A program made the translations under genes and the position numbers. Below, in pieces: positions 1-5,968 of a stretch of DNA of 7,076 nucleotides. Position 1 is the first letter of the stretch, and each line of letters opens with the position of its first letter. The stretch is from the IMG/VR virus record IMGVR_UViG_2061766007_000731; one strand, 5' to 3'. The stretch comes from an uncultured virus (IMG/VR IMGVR_UViG_2061766007_000731) (taxonomy: Duplodnaviria; Heunggongvirae; Uroviricota; Caudoviricetes). The notes under the pieces were generated by a model, which worked only from the letters and a program-made list of their open reading frames with translations, was not told where the DNA came from and did not search any database.

Positions 1-61
1 TAATTTAATTAAATTATTATAGTCACTCCAAACGGCTTTGCTCCGTTGACCCATACATTAA

Positions 62-707
62 CCTACTACTCTATATTACTATAGCCAGTTATTAACTGTT
101 GTAGTCTGGACTATTTCATAACCATATTATTTCTAACTTAGGTTGCAGGTACATAGTCTCTACACATTTACAATATTTCTACTGATTTAGCTCGTCGTTG
201 TCCATTTTTGGAGTTTCGTCGAATTCGCCTGCTTCTACATTCAAAATTTCTTTTGACGCACTCTTAAAATAATTATTAAATGTATGATCTTTAATAAAAA
301 TAATTCCTTTCATTTGGCTATTTTTAGGTATATCTTCTCTGACATAGACACATGTTTTATCTCCAATTTCTTCAATATTAAACATAATACAANNNNNNNN
401 NNNNNNNNNNNNNAAAGCAATAATATCTACTTCATTTTTATATTTGTTTCTTGCTTTATTAGTAGTATGATTTTTACTACTTTCACATCTGCAACATCAT
501 GAATTATTATCTGATTTACAATCAGTATATTTAACTTGAACTTTTTTCAATAAAGATCCATTATCTATAATTAAATCATATCTTGCATTATCTCCAAATG
601 GAAAAGAAACTGTACAACCTCATTTAATAAACTCATAGGCTATTGCAATTTCTCCTAAATTACCTTTTGTTTTAGAATTTATCATATATTTATAATTATT
701 GGTTTAA
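62..707 (-). ncRNA. Group I self-splicing intron in tRNA-Lys (position 34/35), with homing endonuclease ORF starting in the P1 loop
   Basis: Minus strand shows IGS GAGUGC (263-258), P2 UCAAAA-GAAA-UUUUGA (256-241), P3 GCAGG/CCUGC (232-228 / 149-145), P AAUUCGACGAA, Q AACGACGAGC, R GUGUAGAGACUA, S UGAAAUAGUCC, an ACUAC/GUAGU terminal helix and terminal G at 62. The 5' boundary is inferred at the gap edge. Confidence 0.9.
179..685 (-). CDS. Intron-encoded PD-(D/E)XK homing endonuclease (I-Ssp6803I-like), ~168 aa when TGA is read as Trp
   Basis: Manual translation from ATG 685: MINSKTKGNLGEIAIAYEFIK*GCTVSFPFGDNARYDLIIDNGSLLKKVQVKYTD..., with the KG..GE / P.GD..RYDLI / VQVK motifs of group I intron PD-(D/E)XK nucleases. 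It is in frame with the listed ORF 179..385. In-frame TGA at 622-620 and 499-497; ends at TAG 181-179 inside the ribozyme core. Confidence 0.85.
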
Positions 708-750
708 NNNNNNNNNNNNNNNNNNNNNNNNNNNNNNNNNNNNNNNNNNN

Positions 751-935
751 TCTCATTTATTATTATACAATAATAAATTAATAACTTCTCGACATTTGAA
801 TAGAGCGTCAAATTGGTTATTAATTTCAAAATTTTCCTTTTTATATGGTCATAATGCTTCTCCAGATTCTTTGCCATAAATTGCAGCATTTAAATAAGCA
901 AAAGCTGCATACAATTGTCTATCTTTTTCGTTCAT
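751..935 (-). CDS. Small hypothetical phage protein (about 60 aa or more), requires TGA=Trp; 3' end at TGA 755-753 or inside the gap
   Basis: ATG 935 after an A-rich leader: MNEKDRQLYAAFAYLNAAIYGKESGEAL*PYKKENFEINNQFDALFKCREVINLLLYNNK*. The frame stays open for 31 codons after TGA 851-849 in very AT-rich DNA. Confidence 0.6.
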
Positions 936-957
936 TTTTATTTTTTTTTTCAATAAA

Positions 958-1036
958 AATTAACTCCTACAACCTATGTTATACCTAGGAATGCTTCTAC
1001 ATAGGCATCCACGCCACCACCACCTCGGAGTTAATT
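958..1036 (-). other. Intergenic nested stem-loop (terminator-like or small structured RNA)
   Basis: Outer 10-bp inverted repeat AATTAACTCC (958-967) / GGAGTTAATT (1027-1036) and inner 7-bp CCTATGT (973-979) / ACATAGG (999-1005), followed by a T run on the minus strand. Confidence 0.55.
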
Positions 1037-1070
1037 AAATTATATTCATATGTAATTGTGATTACTCGTT

Positions 1071-1625
1071 TTATTCTACAAAAGAATTAGGATGCTTCTT
1101 TCTATCCGTTGCGGAAGTGTTTTTACTACCAACCGTAGCATCTACATATTTTTGAATATCTTCGGCTTTGAATATAGTGGCTGTTATTTGCTTATGAGGA
1201 CACAGCCAGTACTCATCAAGACATTTAGAGCATCCGTTGCAGAGTTCTTTCTTGGCGAGTTCGAGGAGCTCCGCCGCTTGAGCATTCATTACTTCATTCC
1301 ACTTCTTCTCGTCCCATTTTTTTGTTGCAAAGAACTCAAAGTCGTTTTTCAAATAATCTGACAATGCTTGGGCAAGAGGTGTCAACGGCTCATTAGCAAC
1401 GAGAACAAGGTCAAGGTTAGACGGCTTTGCATTGAATTTCCCATCTATATACCATCCCGCAGCATATTCATATCCCTCTTGCACATAAGAGCCGAGGATT
1501 GGCGTACCTTCCTTGTCCTTGTAATCCCAGCGGTAAATTTTTACGGGGTACCCAGATTCAGTAACCACTGTGTACTCGCCCGATTCAATCTGGGGGCGAA
1601 ATTTGATATCAAAAGGAATTTTCAT
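1071..1625 (-). CDS. Hypothetical phage protein (MKIPFDIKFRPQIESGEY...), 184 aa
   Basis: Long ORF ending TAA. ATG 1625 is preferred over 1667 because it lies 1 nt after the upstream stop (1629-1627). The N-terminus resembles small Bacteroidales phage proteins (from memory, not searched). Confidence 0.8.
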   Translation of the reverse strand: MKIPFDIKFRPQIESGEYTVVTESGYPVKIYRWDYKDKEGTPILGSYVQEGYEYAAGWYIDGKFNAKPSNLDLVLVANEPLTPLAQALSDYLKNDFEFFATKKWDEKKWNEVMNAQAAELLELAKKELCNGCSKCLDEYWLCPHKQITATIFKAEDIQKYVDATVGSKNTSATDRKKHPNSFVE

Positions 1626-1626
1626 A

Positions 1627-1851
1627 TTACATAGAATTAAGTTTATTAACAACTTCTTGAAATGCAAGGTCTCTTGTTATTGCATTCTCGTGTGGAACGG
1701 CTCTTGTCTCTTCTATCCACTCCAGCAAAGCGTCCTTGCGGATGTACTCAATATCTTGACTGTTTTTATAACCACATGGGACATTAGTAAATGTATGGGA
1801 AAGGAAGCCAGTGCGTTCATACAATACATAAATTTTATCTGGTGCTATCAT
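1627..1851 (-). CDS. Hypothetical phage protein, 74 aa
   Basis: ORF preceded by AAGGAGG, ATGA overlap with the upstream gene, TAA stop. Confidence 0.8.
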   Translation of the reverse strand: MIAPDKIYVLYERTGFLSHTFTNVPCGYKNSQDIEYIRKDALLEWIEETRAVPHENAITRDLAFQEVVNKLNSM

Positions 1852-2180
1852 TTGTTTTCCTCCTTCAAAAGTGAAATTGCTTTCTCCATCGCAGGGATGG
1901 CATTATCGTTATACCATTTGCGTACAAGAGTATCAATTTCTTTTTTGCTTCTCCCATTAATATAGCCGCTTTCGATAAGAAGTATCGGTTCATACTCTCC
2001 TGCTGGTTCTCTTACATTGTCTATAAAATACAAAGAACATTGTGCCGTATTATCCGGCCAATATCGTGTATAAGCGGTTATCAGGTCAAAATCAAGGTCT
2101 CTTTTCCCGCAGCAGTCATCAGTCCAGACGGCATTTCGCGTAACATCTATTCCGAGATATATCTTATCAGATGCTTTCAT
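1848..2180 (-). CDS. Hypothetical phage protein, 110 aa
   Basis: AGGAGG 7 nt upstream of the ATG. Ends TGA immediately followed by TAG, so it terminates under either genetic code. Confidence 0.8.
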   Translation of the reverse strand: MKASDKIYLGIDVTRNAVWTDDCCGKRDLDFDLITAYTRYWPDNTAQCSLYFIDNVREPAGEYEPILLIESGYINGRSKKEIDTLVRKWYNDNAIPAMEKAISLLKEENK

Positions 2181-2191
2181 TTATTTTCCTC

Positions 2192-2299
2192 CTATTTAAT
2201 TAATGGCAACATTATGAAGTACCATAATATTTGAAAACCCACAAACCCAACAATAAAGGCAAGTGCGTTTCGTAAGGATTGTTTTTCGTTATCTTTCAT
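2192..2299 (-). CDS. Small single-pass membrane protein, 35 aa
   Basis: AAGGAGG then ATG 2299: MKDNEKQSLRNALAFIVGFVGFQILWYFIMLPLIK, TAG stop. Fills the space between neighbouring genes. Confidence 0.65.
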   Translation of the reverse strand: MKDNEKQSLRNALAFIVGFVGFQILWYFIMLPLIK

Positions 2300-2312
2300 T
2301 TGTTTTCCTCCT

Positions 2313-2490
2313 TTAGTGTTTTAACCTACAATGAATACCTAAAACAAATGGAAACTCTAACCAGCAAAGGGGTACAAGTATTAATATGAAAAACAATATC
2401 TTTCCTGCCGAACTTTTGAAATTGTCCCATTCGACACTACCTACCGTAAATAGTAGGCTGAATAGATNNNNNNNNNNNNNNNNNNNNCAT
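2313..2490 (-). CDS. Small hydrophobic protein, N-terminus partly masked
   Basis: Open frame 2465->2313: LFSLLFTVGSVEWDNFKSSAGKILFFILILVPLCWLEFPFVLGIHCRLKH*. ATG 2490 follows GGAGG but is in frame only if the N gap length is inexact. Confidence 0.5.
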
Positions 2491-2493
2491 ACC

Positions 2494-2577
2494 TTATCCC
2501 TCCTTTACGATGATGATGCGAACATTCTGCCCGTCCTTCTCGGCTTTCAGTTTTTCTGCATCAATGTATTTTGCCAT
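2494..2577 (-). CDS. 27-aa mini-ORF, possibly an internally deleted gene remnant
   Basis: MAKYIDAEKLKAEKDGQNVRIIIVKEG*, starting 3 nt after the upstream stop and ending 3 nt before the next ATG. Confidence 0.5.
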   Translation of the reverse strand: MAKYIDAEKLKAEKDGQNVRIIIVKEG

Positions 2578-2580
2578 AAT

Positions 2581-2997
2581 CTAAATCAAATTTTCTAAAC
2601 AATATTTAATAGCAGCTTCACAGGCTTCTTCATAAGTTTGATAGAAGACCTCATCAACGGCATCTTGAAGCATCATTTCAAAATCTGAATCAGTTTTCTG
2701 GATAACCACATAATATCCCGTGTGGCCTCCGCAAGCCCAGGAATCAAGCATTACCTGAATATAATAATGATGTACTTCCCTCAGCCACTTCATAGCCATT
2801 TGAAGAGTTGGAGCGGAATAACATTTATGTGGTTCTATTGTATTATCTAAATCACTATTAGACAATGGGGCAGATAGAGTAGTAAACAAAATGCCAACTG
2901 CTTCTTTTTCTTCATAACAGTGAAAAGAAGCATAATCAAACCCCTTCTCTTTCAGGAGTTTTGCCACTTCAAAGGAAACATAATCTTCTGTAACCAT
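2581..2997 (-). CDS. Hypothetical phage protein, 138 aa
   Basis: ORF MVTEDYVSFEVAKLLKEKGF...APTLQMAMKWLRE...TYEEACEAAIKYCL, tightly packed with neighbours. Resembles a common Bacteroidales phage family of unknown function (from memory). Confidence 0.85.
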   Translation of the reverse strand: MVTEDYVSFEVAKLLKEKGFDYASFHCYEEKEAVGILFTTLSAPLSNSDLDNTIEPHKCYSAPTLQMAMKWLREVHHYYIQVMLDSWACGGHTGYYVVIQKTDSDFEMMLQDAVDEVFYQTYEEACEAAIKYCLENLI

Positions 2998-2999
2998 AG

Positions 3000-3395
3000 T
3001 TATTTAGTTTTATACATTCCTTCAGGTGCATCAAGAGCAAGTCCTTTTTCAATCAAACCTCTAAAATCAAACATATGTTCATTAAGCCAATCATATGTCT
3101 TAATTGTTGGATAATCTTGAATTGATAATGTTTTTGTATAATTATACTCTCTTTTTTCTTCCTCGGTCATACTTGACATTGGACGAAGATATGGTTTGAC
3201 TTCCCCAATTTTAAAAGGTCTGCTGCCACTTTCAGANNNNNNNNNNNNNNNCCACCCATCGAATGTATCTGGGTAAATGTTAGTTATTTTCCAATGCGGA
3301 ACTTCAAATTCATTTTCCTTATAGTCAACGATTACCCCATAAGGTAATCTTGCGCAAAGGTCTTTCAACAGCAATTGTTTTTCTTCTTGTGTCAT
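3000..3395 (-). CDS. Hypothetical phage protein, ~131 aa
   Basis: ORF MTQEEKQLLLKDLCARLPYGV...KPYLRPMSSMTEEE...DFRGLIEKGLALDAPEGMY, in frame across a short gap, TAA stop. Resembles a common Bacteroidales phage family (from memory). Confidence 0.85.
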   Translation of the reverse strand: MTQEEKQLLLKDLCARLPYGVIVDYKENEFEVPHWKITNIYPDTFDGWXXXXXSESGSRPFKIGEVKPYLRPMSSMTEEEKREYNYTKTLSIQDYPTIKTYDWLNEHMFDFRGLIEKGLALDAPEGMYKTK

Positions 3396-3516
3396 ATAGA
3401 TAATATTTTATTTTATTTATACATACAAATAANNNNNNNNNNNNNNNNNNNNNNNNNNNNNNNNNNNNNNNNNNNNNNNNNNNNNNNNNNNNNNNNNNNA
3501 TTATTTAATAATTAAG

Positions 3517-3555
3517 TAGTCTTGCTGGGACTCCAACCCAGAACTTACAGATTAT
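3517..3555 (-). tRNA. 3' half of a tRNA (anticodon N-A-U Ile/Met type, or N-C-U Arg); 5' half not visible
   Basis: Minus strand: ATAA-TCTGT-AAGTT-CTGGG TTGGAGT CCCAG-CAAGACT-A, with correct spacing for tRNA positions 35-73 and a perfect T stem. No matching 5' half in unmasked sequence. Confidence 0.7.
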
Positions 3556-3996
3556 TTAATAGTTCTATACCTATAAAAACGATCACTATTTTTATTTTTA
3601 AATTTGTATGTATCTAATTGACTATCACAATTTGGACAAATACAACGTAAATTATCACGTTTATTATTCGAAGCATGANNNNNNNNNNNNNNNNNNNNAA
3701 ACTAATTTTTGACCATTTCATTCAGGAGATATACCACAAATAGCACACTTATTATCTTGTTCTTTTAGTATATCCTCTTTAAAAATCCTTGGAGAATAAT
3801 TAGCTCTCATTATACTTGGGTCTCCATCAATTATTAATTGATACTTTTGTTTATGTTGAAACTGTTGTTGACATTGTAATGAGCAATATTTTCCATTATG
3901 TTCTGGATATTTTATAAATTCTTTTCCGCAATTAATACATTTAGAAATAGGATAGTTTTTATTAACCTCGATTTTATTATTAAATTTACTATGTTT
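3552..3996 (-). CDS. HNH endonuclease with Cys-rich zinc-binding motifs, start hidden in gap, requires TGA=Trp
   Basis: Manual translation: ...KCINCGKEF...GKYCSLQCQ...KCAICGISPE*NGQKLV[gap]HASNNKRDNLRCICPNCDSQLDTYK...RTIK-TAA. This matches the HNH pattern C..C....WNG..L.L.LDHIDG...NN...NLR..CPNC.SQ. The two visible halves are one nt out of frame across the 20-N gap, probably from inexact gap length. Confidence 0.85.
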
Positions 3997-4538
3997 NNNN
4001 NNNNNNNNNNNNNNNNNNNNNNNNNNNNNNNNNNNNNNNNNNNNNNNNNNNNNNNNNNNNNNNNNNNNNNNNNNNNNNNNNNNNNNNNNNNNNNNNNNNN
4101 NNNNNNNNNNNNNNNNNNNNNNNNNNNNNNNNNNNNNNNNNNNNNNNNNNNNNNNNNNNNNNNNNNNNNNNNNNNNNNNNNNNNNNNNNNNNNNNNNNNN
4201 NNNNNNNNNNNNNNNNNNNNNNNNNNNNNNNNNNNNNNNNNNNNNNNNNNNNNNNNNNNNNNNNNNNNNNNNNNNNNNNNNNNNNNNNNNNNNNNNNNNN
4301 NNNNNNNNNNNNNNNNNNNNNNNNNNNNNNNNNNNNNNNNNNNNNNNNNNNNNNNNNNNNNNNNNNNNNNNNNNNNNNNNNNNNNNNNNNNNNNNNNNNN
4401 NNNNNNNNNNNNNNNNNNNNNNNNNNNNNNNNNNNNNNNNNNNNNNNNNNNNNNNNNNNNNNNNNNNNNNNNNNNNNNNNNNNNNNNNNNNNNNNNNNNN
4501 NNNNNNNNNNNNNNNNNNNNNNNNNNNNNNNNNNNNNN

Positions 4539-4574
4539 TTAAAAAATCTCCAGAAACTATTAAAACTGGAGATT
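4539..4574 (-). terminator. Hairpin plus TTTTAA (terminator-like or tRNA-leader element)
   Basis: 9-bp inverted repeat AATCTCCAG (4545-4553) / CTGGAGATT (4566-4574), followed on the minus strand by TTTTAA. Confidence 0.5.
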
Positions 4575-4675
4575 GGCCCCATCATTAAATAGGAGGTGTA
4601 AGAATCTATCCTATAATAGTTTTTTAAGTCAAATCTTATGAAGTTCTACAATTTGTCTTTGATGCTCATGCATCG

Positions 4676-5362
4676 TAGCTCAGGCCGGACTCGAACCGGC
4701 ACGGTCATTACTGACCAACGGATTTTCTTACCACTATAGTTTTCACTACCAAATTTTACAACCTTTTGACGTGTCACTATTGAAAGTGAATGCCTATTCT
4801 AAGGCTAGACTCGAACTAGCAACATAACCTTGCACGTTATTCCGTTTTAACTAAATTTGTTTGTGGTCTGGACTCTATCTTAACCATATTGAAATCTTGC
4901 AAGAACTATTGTTTTATGTCCATCTTTCAGGTTTAGTACAATAGCAAATTTATTTCAACTTAGGCCCCTCCTGTATAGTCTCTACACACGCCTGTTAGCC
5001 TTCTACCACTCTAAAAGATAGGGCTTCTAGTATGCTAACTGCTTGGCTCGGTATTAGCATATAAAGTCCGTGTTCTTCTCTCTCCTAAACCATCGTTGGC
5101 TATCTTCACAGAAATTCCATTAATAGGAGTATAGGACTTGTCCTTTAAGCTTTAACAAGTTAATTTACACAATTATCCGTATCGTATGCCTTATATTACT
5201 ATAAGTAACGCTGCGCGACCTGTAAAACTTTACTTAGCTTTCACCGAATTAGGGAGGTTCTGCATCTGGAGTTTCCCCCAGTGCACTCAAATTTATAACT
5301 TACTGTCTATCAACAAGTTAAAGACAAAAGTCCGTAGTGTCTACCTATTCCACCACTGAGCC
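4676..5362 (-). tRNA. trnL: tRNA-Leu(UAA) split by a group I intron; exon 1 5362-5328, exon 2 4726-4676
   Basis: Joined exons give GGCTCAGTGGTGGAATAGGTAGACACTACGGACTT|AAAATCCGTTGGTCAGTAATGACCGTGCCGGTTCGAGTCCGGCCTGAGCTA: acceptor GGCTCAG/CTGAGCT, anticodon stem ACGGA/TCCGT, loop CT-TAA-AA, long variable arm GGTCA/TGACC, T arm GCCGG-TTCGAGT-CCGGC, discriminator A. Confidence 0.95.
4727..5327 (-). ncRNA. Group I self-splicing intron (601 nt, no ORF) between U34 and A35 of tRNA-Leu(UAA)
   Basis: P1 exon ACUU pairs with IGS GAGU (5288-5285) including the U.G splice-site pair. P2 CUGGGG-GAAA-CUCCAG (5281-5266), P3 CCUCC/GGAGG (5257-5253 / 4971-4967), P4 UUCGGU/ACCGAG, R GUGUAGAGACUA, S AAGAUAGAGUCC, ACCAC/GUGGU helix, terminal G at 4727. 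Confidence 0.95.
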
Positions 5363-5404
5363 TTAAAAATCTACTTCCAAACCTTCACAGGACCCTAAGT
5401 AGAT
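5363..5404 (-). terminator. Hairpin plus TTTTAA directly before tRNA-Leu
   Basis: 8-bp inverted repeat ATCTACTT (5369-5376) / AAGTAGAT (5397-5404), then TTTTAA, then G1 of the tRNA. Confidence 0.45.
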
Positions 5405-5438
5405 GAAGAGTTTTAGAGATATGAGTAGCAAAATCATA

Positions 5439-5645
5439 TCAAGCTTTTGCTCCTACATCAAGAATAAGTTCTTTCGCGTTTTGTTTAATTTCAGGTTCAA
5501 TATATTCTTTAATAAACTCTGCAGAAATGGCATCCATCCAATTAGATATCATAATGCCTTCAAGTTTACCAGAAGTTGTTTTAAAATTTTCAGGATTTTT
5601 AAAAAAATTACGAATTTTCGTAATAGATTCTAACAAATCATTCAT
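5439..5645 (-). CDS. Hypothetical protein, 68 aa or more (3' end uncertain because it ends at TGA)
   Basis: ORF MNDLLESITKIRN...LDVGAKA overlapping the upstream gene end. With TGA=Trp it would continue WYDFATHISKTLHLL... Confidence 0.6.
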   Translation of the reverse strand: MNDLLESITKIRNFFKNPENFKTTSGKLEGIMISNWMDAISAEFIKEYIEPEIKQNAKELILDVGAKA

Positions 5646-5927
5646 AATCTACTGGGATTACTTTATAATACCAATCAACCACTTCTCCATCAACTCGTTT
5701 TTCAACAAGTTCTACATCACCTACAATATAATGATCTATGGCATCGGATTGCACATTTCGCTTATTTCTGTTAAATAGAAAAATCGCACATCCGATAAGA
5801 ATGATAGATACAATAAGGCAAGGAATTGTAAATTTAGATTTTATGACTTCCTTAAAACTATAAGTAATAGATAAGTCAATAAAAGACCAAATAATAATAG
5901 TAGCGACAATTACTGCCATTAAAGCAA
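5638..5927 (-). CDS. Hypothetical membrane protein with two hydrophobic segments; start probably in gap 5928-5968
   Basis: ALMAVIVATIIIWSFIDLSITY...FTIPCLIVSIILIGCAIFLFNRNKR...YYKVIPVDYE. Ends at TGA 5640-5638, or at a TAA 10 codons later under code 4. Confidence 0.7.
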
Positions 5928-5968
5928 NNNNNNNNNNNNNNNNNNNNNNNNNNNNNNNNNNNNNNNNN

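Larger units (their letters stand above)
23..741 (-). tRNA. trnK: Intron-split tRNA, most likely tRNA-Lys(UUU); 3' exon 61->23 visible, 5' exon inferred inside N gap 708-750 (end coordinate approximate)
   Basis: Minus strand 61->23 reads TTAA-TGTAT-GGGTC-AACGG AGCAAAG CCGTT-TGGAGTG-A: the last 4 nt of an anticodon loop, anticodon stem 3' strand, variable loop, perfect 5-bp T stem, acceptor 3' strand and discriminator. The intron guide sequence GAGUG (263-259) predicts a 5' exon ending CACUU, giving loop CU-U|UU-AA and anticodon UUU. The 5' exon itself is masked. Confidence 0.75.

Noticed and set aside
23..62. Reading the first split tRNA as tRNA-Asn(GUU) with the intron after U33
   Set aside because: Alignment with the sister intron 3' end and the IGS pairing (GAGUG with CACUU) both favour G62 as the intron's terminal G. 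Not fully excluded while the 5' exon is masked.
762..790. Sigma70-like promoter (TGTATAAT on the minus strand)
   Set aside because: No convincing -35 at 17-bp spacing, it lies within a probable CDS, and such hexamers are common at this AT content.
704..889. Listed 61-aa minus ORF MLQFMAK...
   Set aside because: The overlapping frame from ATG 935 has a better start context and fits the TGA=Trp pattern; this ORF's end lies across the gap predicted to hold a tRNA exon.
179..3996. Calling the two nucleases pseudogenes
   Set aside because: All visible interruptions are TGA, one at an expected Trp position, and motifs are intact. The one-nt frame offset in the HNH gene falls inside an N gap.
3989..4585. 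Listed 198-aa minus ORF
   Set aside because: Almost entirely N, and its visible part lies over a hairpin.
284..5778. All plus-strand ORFs in the track (284, 1092, 1368, 1570, 2040, 2386, 2920, 3898, 5403, 5527)
   Set aside because: They are antisense shadows of better-supported minus-strand genes, or are mostly N.
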